Origin: a virus
Lineage: Duplodnaviria > Caudoviricetes
Direction: 5' to 3' (one strand)
IMG/VR virus record: IMGVR_UViG_3300025277_000021
Location: 1 to 60,155 of that record
Length of the DNA stretch: 60,155 nt
In this document: piece by piece, positions 35,871-43,554 of the stretch
Layout of the letters: each line of letters opens with the position of its first letter
How positions within the stretch are numbered: the first letter of the stretch is position 1
The notes under the pieces: model-generated
Told to the model about the DNA's origin: nothing
Database searches by the model: none
Seen by the model: only the letters and a program-made list of their open reading frames with translations
Made by a program: the position numbers and the translations under genes

Positions 35871-36430
35871 AACTCATTATGGCCATAAGTGGTAATGGCT
35901 TTGTTGCCACTGGTGAAGACGATGATATGTCCTGGACTGGACCGGTCGATAAAGCGGTATTCAAACTGCTGACAAGCACTAGCGACGTTCTCGCCGTATC
36001 GGCTAAGACCTTGCAATATATGCCAAAAGAACTCCCCGGGCGCGGCAAGCTCTATGGTTTGTCGACAAACCCGAGCAAGGGTGTTCAGCTTGAAGACTTT
36101 GCAGCCATGTTCCCCAATGCCTGGTTGCTTGGTGGACAAGAGCTTGGGCTATTTGCAATGAAGAACGGGTTTGTGGATACCGTTTACCTTTGCCGGGCGG
36201 TTGACACTATGTTGGTCGCAGCCGGGCCCGCGCTATTCGCCACTGACCCAAGCGAAGACCCACCTCAGGACGTGGAAGACACGCGCATCCCCGATAAGAT
36301 CAGCCGCTATCTGGAACGGAGGCAGCACTCTCCCGGCCGGGGCTCCTGGTGGGAACAAACTATGCGGGTGAAGATTGAGAACCTGCTAGTCGAAACATGG
36401 AAACGCGGGAGTTCAGTTGATGGCGAGTAA
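35867..36430 (+). CDS. Dihydrofolate reductase-like protein (divergent)
   Basis: IMAISGNG, MSW..P.D...FK..T, KT...MP..LPGR, LLGG, DTVYL. Confidence 0.7.
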   Translation: MKLIMAISGNGFVATGEDDDMSWTGPVDKAVFKLLTSTSDVLAVSAKTLQYMPKELPGRGKLYGLSTNPSKGVQLEDFAAMFPNAWLLGGQELGLFAMKNGFVDTVYLCRAVDTMLVAAGPALFATDPSEDPPQDVEDTRIPDKISRYLERRQHSPGRGSWWEQTMRVKIENLLVETWKRGSSVDGE

Positions 36431-36887
36431 AACCGCAGAGAAAAACCTGTGGAACCGGATGCGGGAGGCTATGAGGGTCTTCCGCGCCGACGTTCACTAT
36501 ACCCGCATTGAAAACTCGGTTTCAGATAGCTACCCTGATGTCGAAGTATCCCTGCTCTATGAAGGGGTTAATTACGGCGCAACCTTTGAGTTGAAGACAG
36601 CAAGTCGACCAGTGCACTTTGAAACTTCCGTTCCTGTGCATGTTCGTCCTGGACAGGTGCGCTGGCTTAAGAAGCGCTGGAATGTCAGAGGTTCGGCATG
36701 GCTTTTGGTTCAAGTAGGTTCAGGCAAGGACTTGGCGCGCTACCTGCTTCCCGGTGACCTTGCCGGACCAGCCGAGGAAGGCCAAAGCGAAAGCTGGTTT
36801 GCAAAGCACTCAGTCTGTAAGCATGATGACCCACTTGACGAAATTGTTAAACTGGGGTGCACCTGGAGGTGGCTAGATGAGAATTGA
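36420..36887 (+). CDS. VRR-NUC / Holliday-junction-resolvase-like PD-(D/E)xK nuclease
   Basis: E..LW, RIEN....YPDV, FELK, RPGQVRW. Confidence 0.75.
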   Translation: MASKTAEKNLWNRMREAMRVFRADVHYTRIENSVSDSYPDVEVSLLYEGVNYGATFELKTASRPVHFETSVPVHVRPGQVRWLKKRWNVRGSAWLLVQVGSGKDLARYLLPGDLAGPAEEGQSESWFAKHSVCKHDDPLDEIVKLGCTWRWLDEN

Positions 36888-37206
36888 TACCGCAATTGCT
36901 GGTGCCACGTTCCGTGAGGGCGGCACGGAGATTGTTACGGGGTTAAAGGTTGGGCAGCGCTACCGGTTGGAGCGCGAGCCCTCTAACCCGTACGACCCAA
37001 ACGCGGTCAAAGTACTGGTTGAGAATTACCAATTCGGCCGGGCCCAACCAAAGACATACCATTTGGGCTACATTCCGCGCAAGTGGTCAGGAACGGTATC
37101 TGCAGCCCTTAAAAACAACAATCTTCATGTTTGGGCTGTTAAGAAAGACGATTACTGGGGAACAATTTCCGTTCTGTGGGTTGACGCGTCAAATGATCCG
37201 CTATAA
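36877..37206 (+). CDS. HIRAN domain protein
   Basis: IAGATFR...LEREPSNPYDPNAVKV...LGYIPR; ends NDPL. Confidence 0.85.
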   Translation: MRIDTAIAGATFREGGTEIVTGLKVGQRYRLEREPSNPYDPNAVKVLVENYQFGRAQPKTYHLGYIPRKWSGTVSAALKNNNLHVWAVKKDDYWGTISVLWVDASNDPL

Positions 37207-37209
37207 TAT
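37179..37209 (+). promoter_or_regulatory. Sigma70-like promoter overlapping a 12-bp palindrome
   Basis: GG-TTGACG-N17-TAATAT; TTGACGCGTCAA palindrome at 37181-37192. Confidence 0.55.
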
Positions 37210-37238
37210 AAAAGGACGTTAAAAAGGAATGTCCAATT

Positions 37239-37694
37239 ATGTTTATCTGTCGTCAAACCCGCTCTGACACAAATCCTAACGGCCGTCGCATCATCTTAGA
37301 AGCGACCCACGACGCCATTGACCTGTTCTTGCAAAGCGTCGCAAAAGTGGACAGCCGCGCAAGCAAAGACGCCGCGTTGATGGCCTTGGCTAATGGTCAT
37401 GATGTACGCGGCATTAACGACGGAGCCCTCTGGTACCGCGTTGAAAAGCCTGCGACCTTTGTCCCCGCGCCAACTCACTGTGACCTTTCGCAACGTACCC
37501 TCACTGACGTGATGTATGACGGGCGGGTCAATAACAGTGCACGGTGGGCGACAATGGACGAGCAAAGCTGGCAACTATACGGCTGCGGCATTCTGGGCAC
37601 AGGCAATGGCCAAAAGTATCAGCGCGGCTTGGATGGTTTGTTCTATGTTTCCGAAGGCATGGCCTCGGTTCGCCGATTTGGGGTAACAGCATGA
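37239..37694 (+). CDS. Hypothetical protein
   Basis: AAAGGA RBS; LGTG.GQKY motif. Confidence 0.65.
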   Translation: MFICRQTRSDTNPNGRRIILEATHDAIDLFLQSVAKVDSRASKDAALMALANGHDVRGINDGALWYRVEKPATFVPAPTHCDLSQRTLTDVMYDGRVNNSARWATMDEQSWQLYGCGILGTGNGQKYQRGLDGLFYVSEGMASVRRFGVTA

Positions 37695-38011
37695 CAGTCC
37701 TGTCCTTCTTCATCATTCGCAATAAAAAGACTGGGCAGTACTTGCCGCCCGGTATGGGTAGTGGCGCTCGTGGAACTACGCATCAAGACCTTGTTACGCC
37801 CTGCGAAACACGCCCACCTAAACTGTACCATACTGAAGCGGCGGCAAAGTCTTCTCTAACCTGGTGGCTAAAAGGTGTAACTTCTGTTAACCGGTTTACC
37901 ATTGGCAGCTCATGGGAAGGCTATGAAACTGACGAAAGTTGGGGCACTGAGCCTGATCCAAGCCGCATTGCCGAAGACATGGAAATTGCTCAAGTGGACC
38001 TACACTTATGA
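37691..38011 (+). CDS. Hypothetical protein
   Basis: ATGA overlap; IRNKKTGQYL. Confidence 0.6.
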   Translation: MTVLSFFIIRNKKTGQYLPPGMGSGARGTTHQDLVTPCETRPPKLYHTEAAAKSSLTWWLKGVTSVNRFTIGSSWEGYETDESWGTEPDPSRIAEDMEIAQVDLHL

Positions 38012-38388
38012 CCCGTATTAACTGCATCCCACCCTCTGAGCTTACGCGACAGCACTTGGTCGCCGAGTATCGTGAGCTTCCCCGTGTGTTTGGCATGGTT
38101 CTTGGCATGGTTGAGCGTGGCGTCACTGACCCGTCTCTTGCCGTTATACCTCCGACGTACCGCATGGGCACGGGGCACATGAAATTCTTTGTCGACAAGC
38201 TGGGTTACCTGGTCAAACGCCAAAAAGCCCTAATTGCCGAAATGCAAGCCCGGGGTTATCAGCCTAATCATACTGACCCAGACAATCTGCTGGCGAATAT
38301 TCCCGTATCGTATCACGGCGACTGGGAGCCAACTGATGAAGCGCTTGCCATATCTCGCGCTCGTATACAGGAGCGCCTCGATGGCTAA
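38008..38388 (+). CDS. denV: Pyrimidine-dimer DNA glycosylase / endonuclease V
   Basis: MTRIN...EL..QHL.AEYRELPRVF and G.GH..FF..KL.YL..R, matching T4 DenV as recalled. Confidence 0.92.
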   Translation: MTRINCIPPSELTRQHLVAEYRELPRVFGMVLGMVERGVTDPSLAVIPPTYRMGTGHMKFFVDKLGYLVKRQKALIAEMQARGYQPNHTDPDNLLANIPVSYHGDWEPTDEALAISRARIQERLDG

Positions 38389-38713
38389 TTCCGTTACTCC
38401 AAAAGTCGCTAACGCAATGCAGGCCAAGGCCACAACCTATAAAGTGCTTTGCGCCATTGTCAAGCTTTATGACGAAGCAACGGTAGTTGAAATCCAAGCC
38501 AAGTACAATAAAATTGCAGGCCCCTGGAATTTGCCTATTGATTATGTGACAGTTGAAAGCGCCCGGGCTCATTTAAGCCAGGGCGTGAGAAACGGTCTCC
38601 TGCGTTATGAGCGCCGGCGTAAAGGCCAGAAAGTTGAACGTCGCATCACTGGTATGGCTGATGGCGTTGGTTACTATATTTGGGACGGCGATAAAGACGA
38701 GGGCGCTGAATAG
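38381..38713 (+). CDS. Hypothetical protein (winged-helix-like)
   Basis: AGGAG RBS before ATG 38381. Confidence 0.55.
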   Translation: MANSVTPKVANAMQAKATTYKVLCAIVKLYDEATVVEIQAKYNKIAGPWNLPIDYVTVESARAHLSQGVRNGLLRYERRRKGQKVERRITGMADGVGYYIWDGDKDEGAE

Positions 38714-38714
38714 A

Positions 38715-38745
38715 GGTTCGCGTCAAAGCTCAATTCTGATATTGT
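38715..38745 (+). promoter_or_regulatory. Putative promoter
   Basis: GG-TTCGCG-N17-TATTGT with extended -10 TG. Confidence 0.45.
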
Positions 38746-38773
38746 ATTTATATGAGCAATGAAAGGAAACAAC

Positions 38774-39199
38774 ATGTCCAATAACTCTGTGAAAACAACC
38801 CGCTACTCCGCGTCGACCAGCGAGGTCGTTGAAGCGGCCTGGAAGTTGAAGCGGCTGACCGAGACCCACGAGATGCGCCAACGGGCTCTCCAGGAAGAAT
38901 ACAAAAAGAAGTCCATCGCCATTACTGATGAGCTTCAAGTATCCCAGAGCGCCGCTTTTGAGAGCGTTCGTAAAGAGCTGGACATTCCGGACAGCGACTG
39001 GGGCGACGGTCAAGATTGGGCTCTGAATATCTCGGAACTTGGCAATGGCACTGTGGCCATGGTTCACAAGACTGACGGCGATGCGCCAAACCAGAAAGGC
39101 GGTTGTGGCTGCCCGGCGTGCACATTGGCTGGCCTTCTGGGTCTCACTGATAATGACGAGGACGACAGCGATGTCCAAGCTCACGGGACGTTGCACTGA
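38774..39199 (+). CDS. Hypothetical protein with CGCPAC motif
   Basis: AAAGGA RBS before ATG 38774. Confidence 0.65.
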   Translation: MSNNSVKTTRYSASTSEVVEAAWKLKRLTETHEMRQRALQEEYKKKSIAITDELQVSQSAAFESVRKELDIPDSDWGDGQDWALNISELGNGTVAMVHKTDGDAPNQKGGCGCPACTLAGLLGLTDNDEDDSDVQAHGTLH

Positions 39200-39387
39200 T
39201 GGGCCACAGGATTAATGAGCGCATCTTCTGGACTAAGGAAGAGGCCGAAGAAGATCAGAAGACGAAGGGCACTCCGGGGTATAGCGAGGTCTATCCAAGA
39301 GGCATCTCGCCCTGCAAAGCCAAGCATCCTGAAACGGGCGAACCGACTGACGCCTGGAAGTCAACGACTGAAGTCTATTCGGGGTAA
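39199..39387 (+). CDS. Small hypothetical protein
   Basis: TGATG overlap. Confidence 0.5.
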   Translation: MGHRINERIFWTKEEAEEDQKTKGTPGYSEVYPRGISPCKAKHPETGEPTDAWKSTTEVYSG

Positions 39388-39413
39388 GATTGGAACCGGC
39401 AGGTAGCACTGCC

Positions 39414-39444
39414 GGTTTTCCCCGTTTTAGATACATGCTAGACT
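39414..39444 (+). promoter_or_regulatory. Putative promoter for the RNR gene (follows a terminator-like hairpin at 39393-39417)
   Basis: GG-TTTTCC-N17-TAGACT with extended -10 TG. Confidence 0.5.
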
Positions 39445-39471
39445 GAGCATCTCCATAATATGAGGAAACCC

Positions 39472-41781
39472 ATGGAACACCCTGCTATTGCAACCCAAAT
39501 TTGGGATAAGAAATACCGTTTCAAAGATGCGAAAGGCGAGCCCATTGATACTACTGTCCATGACACTTGGGCCCGTATTGCTCAAGCTCTGGCGGAAGCC
39601 GAAAGCGACGACCCGGAAGTAGTGGCTGAGTACTTCTCCCAGTTCTACTTCGCTCTTGATGAATACCAGCTCTTGCCTGCTGGCCGCATCACCGCTGGTG
39701 CCGGCACCGGTCGTCAGGTTACCCTATTCAATTGTTATGTCATGGGCACGATCCCAGACAGCATGGACGGCATCTTCTCAATGCTCCGTGAAGCCGCTCT
39801 GACAATGCAGCAAGGCGGTGGCATTGGTTACGACTTCTCAACCATTCGTCCTTCTGGTGCGACTGTCAAAGGTGTGGCAGCAGACGCCTCTGGACCGCTT
39901 TCCTTTATGGACGTTTGGGATCGCATGTGCCGCACCATCATGTCGGCAGGTGAACGGCGCGGTGCAATGATGGCAACCATGCGCTGTGATCATCCTGATA
40001 TTGAGGAGTTCATTGAAGCTAAGCGTGAAGCTGGACGCCTTCGCATGTTCAACCTCTCAGTGCTTGTTACTGATGCGTTCATGAAGGCAGTCGAGCGCAA
40101 TGATGACTGGCAACTGTGGCACAAATCTGAACCAAGCTCAGGGCTGCCAGGACACGCTGATTACGGCGATGGGTTTGTTTATAAAACCATTCCAGCACGT
40201 GAGCTTTGGAATAAGATCATCCAAGCAACCTATGACGTGGCCGAGCCAGGGGTTATCTTCATTGACCGCATCAACCAGCTGAACAACTTGGGGTACTGCG
40301 AGACCATTGCTGCCACAAACCCATGCGGGGAACAGCCGTTGCCGCCGTATGGGGCTTGCCTCCTGGGTTCGATCAATTTGTCCCGCCTTATCAGTGCCGC
40401 CTTTACCGCACAGGCTAGCTTGGACCTCGACCAGCTCGACCAGCTAGTTGCAACTGCGGTGCGGATGATGGATAACGTGGTCGACGTTTCTCTGTTCCCA
40501 GTCGCACAACAAGAAATTGAGGCCAAGGACAAGCGCCGTATCGGCCTCGGTGTAACAGGACTTGCAGACGCTCTGGCGATGTGCCGTGTGAAGTACGGAA
40601 CCGACGAGGCGGCTGAGCTAGTTGAGGAATGGATGGAAGCAATTGCTCTGTCAGCCTATTCCGCCTCAATTGAACTGGCCAAAGAGAAAGGGCCTTTCCC
40701 TAAGTTCGACGCTGACGGCTTCCTGCGTGAGGGCTCTTTTGCTGATCTGCGTTTGCCGCTGGAAATGAAGAATGACATTCGCAAGCATGGCATTCGGAAC
40801 GCCCTCCTTACTTCGATTGCGCCAACCGGGACAATCAGTCTCTACGCCGGCAACGTCTCCTCGGGCATTGAGCCTATCTTTGCCTATGGTTACACACGCA
40901 CCATCCTTAACGGCGACGGGTCTAAGCGTCAGGAAGAAGTAGTGGACTATGCGGTTGCCCTTCATCAGGAAATGCACCCTGGCGAAGAACGCCCAGACTA
41001 CTTCACCACGGCTCAGCACCTCACACCAGCCGAGCATTTGAAGATGCAAGCGGCTGCGCAGAAGTGGGTCGATAGCTCCATCTCTAAGACGATCAACGTT
41101 CCGGCTGACATTTCCTTTGAAAGCTTCCGCAACGTTTATGAGGAAGCCTATAAGCAGGGTTGCAAGGGCTGTACAACGTACCGTCCAAATGACATTACTG
41201 GGTCTGTCTTGGAAGTGAAGACTGACAAGCCAAAGTCCAAGTCGTCCAGTGAAAAGCCAGCCGATCGGCCTCGTCGTTTGGAAGGGGCAACCTACAAGCT
41301 GAAATGGCCAAACGAGCCTCATGCCTTCTATCTGACCTTCACCGATCAGATTGATGATGCTGGTGGTCGTCGTCCGTTTGAGGTGTTTATCAACTCCAAA
41401 AACGTGGATCACTATCAGTGGATGGTTGCTCTTACTCGCATGGTCTCTGCAGTGTTCCGTCGCGGTGGCAATGTGTCCTTTGTGGCTGACGAGCTTCGTG
41501 AGGTCTTTGATCCTAAGGGCGGCGCCTGGATGAGCGGAAAGTATGTTCCGTCTTTGCTTGCAGCCATGGGCAATATTGTCGCAGACCATATGACCCAAAT
41601 TGGCTATGGCGACTTCAAGGGGGCTCTCACCGACCAGGAACCTGCGGGCGATATTGAAGTCGAGAAGACTGAACCTGTAGTCCTTGGTGCCAGCACTTGT
41701 AAAGACTGCGGAAGCTGGAATACTGAGCACCAAGGCGGGTGTGAAGTATGTAAAGACTGCGGCTCTAGCAAGTGCGGCTAA
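39472..41781 (+). CDS. nrdJ: Class II (B12-dependent) ribonucleotide reductase
   Basis: LFNCYV, TNPCGEQPL, CLLGSINL, IAPTGT, DSSISKT, KGCTTYR, C-terminal CxxC..CxxC; no beta-subunit gene. Confidence 0.9.
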   Translation: MEHPAIATQIWDKKYRFKDAKGEPIDTTVHDTWARIAQALAEAESDDPEVVAEYFSQFYFALDEYQLLPAGRITAGAGTGRQVTLFNCYVMGTIPDSMDGIFSMLREAALTMQQGGGIGYDFSTIRPSGATVKGVAADASGPLSFMDVWDRMCRTIMSAGERRGAMMATMRCDHPDIEEFIEAKREAGRLRMFNLSVLVTDAFMKAVERNDDWQLWHKSEPSSGLPGHADYGDGFVYKTIPARELWNKIIQATYDVAEPGVIFIDRINQLNNLGYCETIAATNPCGEQPLPPYGACLLGSINLSRLISAAFTAQASLDLDQLDQLVATAVRMMDNVVDVSLFPVAQQEIEAKDKRRIGLGVTGLADALAMCRVKYGTDEAAELVEEWMEAIALSAYSASIELAKEKGPFPKFDADGFLREGSFADLRLPLEMKNDIRKHGIRNALLTSIAPTGTISLYAGNVSSGIEPIFAYGYTRTILNGDGSKRQEEVVDYAVALHQEMHPGEERPDYFTTAQHLTPAEHLKMQAAAQKWVDSSISKTINVPADISFESFRNVYEEAYKQGCKGCTTYRPNDITGSVLEVKTDKPKSKSSSEKPADRPRRLEGATYKLKWPNEPHAFYLTFTDQIDDAGGRRPFEVFINSKNVDHYQWMVALTRMVSAVFRRGGNVSFVADELREVFDPKGGAWMSGKYVPSLLAAMGNIVADHMTQIGYGDFKGALTDQEPAGDIEVEKTEPVVLGASTCKDCGSWNTEHQGGCEVCKDCGSSKCG

Positions 41782-41791
41782 TCGGCTAAGC

Positions 41792-41847
41792 AAAATGAAC
41801 GAAGCCCGGGCGACTTCCATAGTCCCCCGGGCTTCTGTGTCTTTCTG
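41792..41847. terminator. Terminator between convergent replication and lysis arms
   Basis: GAAGCCCGGG...CCCGGGCTTC hairpin with T/A-rich flanks. Confidence 0.75.
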
Positions 41848-41884
41848 TAACGCTTTCGGCGCGCGTAAGCTAAGTGGTTATGCG

Positions 41885-42427
41885 CTAATTCTGAGCCGGA
41901 ATGCTCACCGGTTCTTCTATAACGCAAAACTCATTAGACCTATTTGAGACTAGCCGAGGGGGTTTAATGCGATCGTCATGCACTTCCCATACGGTGTCCA
42001 CCACATAGCATCCGATAGGCAGTGGATAGAAGTTTTCCCGGCAATACTGCCCCGGGGTGCTCCGATCAATGAAAAGCCAAAAGTCAAACAAGTGAGTAGG
42101 GTTAGGCAGAAATGAAGTGTTGGGATTGTACGGGTGGGCTCCGGTGTTGCCACAAATCCATTCGCCATCAGTGGTGCTAATGCTTGTAGTCCAGGTACCT
42201 GGAAAAGGCTTCTTAACACGCCGGTCCACCTCCATTACCGGGTCCATACCATAAATGGTATCCTCAATAAAGACGCTATACACCTCGAAAAACGAGCTGA
42301 CCGGGTAGTTGGCACCAGCAGTTGTGCGCCCAATTGAAAAGAAAATTAGGAACAGCATATGAAGAACCAAACTTAGGGCTACAACAAGAATGGTCAGGGC
42401 GGTATTTACTCGATGAACTCTGGTCAT
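41885..42427 (-). CDS. Membrane-anchored hypothetical protein (lysis region)
   Basis: N-terminal TM helix; Cys-containing extracytoplasmic domain. Confidence 0.6.
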   Translation of the reverse strand: MTRVHRVNTALTILVVALSLVLHMLFLIFFSIGRTTAGANYPVSSFFEVYSVFIEDTIYGMDPVMEVDRRVKKPFPGTWTTSISTTDGEWICGNTGAHPYNPNTSFLPNPTHLFDFWLFIDRSTPGQYCRENFYPLPIGCYVVDTVWEVHDDRIKPPRLVSNRSNEFCVIEEPVSIPAQN

Positions 42428-42675
42428 GGGTTAACCTTTGATGAAAGATTGCGAACAGTTTCAGTCAGGTTATCAATGCGGACTTCAAGCCGGGTAACAC
42501 GGTCTGAGTTGGTCGAATACCGAAGGTTCTCAGACTCCACCTGGTCAATGCGTACAGAAAGCTGGCCCATCCAAAAAGCAAAACCTGCTGTCTGGAGAAG
42601 TAGGGTAAAAATAAGGGCCACTGGAATTTTCTTATCGATTTGCCAGGTGTCCCTATTTACGTTTGTATCCGCCAT
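42424..42675 (-). CDS. Single-TM coiled-coil protein (holin/antiholin-like candidate)
   Basis: AAGGA RBS before ATG 42675; KKIPVALIFTLLLQTAGFAFW followed by a coiled coil. Confidence 0.55.
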   Translation of the reverse strand: MADTNVNRDTWQIDKKIPVALIFTLLLQTAGFAFWMGQLSVRIDQVESENLRYSTNSDRVTRLEVRIDNLTETVRNLSSKVNP

Positions 42676-42769
42676 GGTGCGCTGTCCTTGCGAAAAGTCG
42701 AAAGCAAGCATTGCCGGCCTTCGACTTTAATTGTAATGTATACAGGTTTGCTGGCAAATAAACCAACAT

Positions 42770-43063
42770 TTACTCTGCCGGGTCCTCGGTCTTAGCGCCC
42801 AAGATAATATCCATTGTGGAATTGTGCTCGTTGACTAGGCCTGCATGACGGCTGCGGCAATTCACTAGATTGCGCCGGTCGACCAGCCAGTAGTCCTCAG
42901 TTTCAGACTGGCTCAGCACTCGGTTAGGCAAAAAGACTGGACGCGCGCACTCCTGGGTAAGTGATGCAGGAGCGCGCTCTACGTTCAAGCCTTCAGCGGA
43001 TTGAATTGAGTCGCCGCACGCTGCCAGTGCCAAGGGCAGGGCGATCAGCATCAGGGTCTTCAT
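42770..43063 (-). CDS. o-spanin (Rz1-like lipoprotein)
   Basis: MKTLMLIALPLALAAC lipobox; overlaps the 3' end of the i-spanin gene; C..P...W..DR..L..C. Confidence 0.8.
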   Translation of the reverse strand: MKTLMLIALPLALAACGDSIQSAEGLNVERAPASLTQECARPVFLPNRVLSQSETEDYWLVDRRNLVNCRSRHAGLVNEHNSTMDIILGAKTEDPAE

Positions 43064-43304
43064 TGGCTTCTCTCCTAAGCTTGTCAACCTCAGCATTGAG
43101 GTCTTCCATTTCCTTAAGCCGCTGAACCTCTAGGCGTACTAGGGCTTGACGTGCCGTAGTTAGTTCAGCATTAAGGGCGTCTAAAGCTTCCTGCTGCTCT
43201 AGCCGTTCAGCGGATTGCCCGTCAGCACGACCTTTCAGGTATGCGCTACCTGTCAAGGTGCCAATAACGGCTAAAGCGGCTAGAAGGATATAAATCCTAT
43301 TCAT
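42993..43304 (-). CDS. i-spanin (Rz-like)
   Basis: N-terminal TM helix then periplasmic coiled coil; downstream of the endolysin. Confidence 0.75.
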   Translation of the reverse strand: MNRIYILLAALAVIGTLTGSAYLKGRADGQSAERLEQQEALDALNAELTTARQALVRLEVQRLKEMEDLNAEVDKLRREANEDPDADRPALGTGSVRRLNSIR

Positions 43305-43318
43305 TATCAAACACCTCG

Positions 43319-43552
43319 TCAGGTCCTTACTGGGGGCTTAACTTGCTTTGCCCAGCTATCCATTCCAAAGGCCGCAGCAGCAAAGCCATAGACCCAGATT
43401 GCCAGTCCAATTGCCAGATCGACCAGGGACGAGAGGTCTCGGTCATTCTGAGTAAGGGCAATATAAACAATGCTCATAACAAGCGCCCAATGCAGCACGA
43501 GCTGGATTGTTGCGGTCTCACGTTTGAAGGTCTTTTTCTTTTCAGCAGGCAT
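43319..43552 (-). CDS. Holin candidate (2 TM)
   Basis: Two hydrophobic helices, basic N-terminus, directly after the endolysin. Confidence 0.6.
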   Translation of the reverse strand: MPAEKKKTFKRETATIQLVLHWALVMSIVYIALTQNDRDLSSLVDLAIGLAIWVYGFAAAAFGMDSWAKQVKPPVRT

Positions 43553-43554
43553 TC

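Noticed and set aside
33047-36430. Thymidine hypermodification (YuA/M6 type) or 7-deazaguanine pathway
   Set aside because: No recognisable 5-hmU DNA kinase, amino-acid:DNA transferase, or folE/queC/queD/queE/dpdA genes, and the synthase has the dCMP-type Asp.
27193-41781. Inteins or introns in polA, helicase or nrdJ
   Set aside because: The ORFs are continuous and of normal length, with no intein termini or homing-endonuclease motifs visible.
8982-41781. Lysogeny module
   Set aside because: No tyrosine or serine integrase, CI-like repressor or ParA recognised; absence is judged by eye only.
42770-43063. o-spanin tail EDPAE (also DCDPE at 11241 and EGDPK at 21856) as members of the DPL tag family
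   Set aside because: They lack the L/M/T residue, and the spanin is periplasmic; treated as chance matches.
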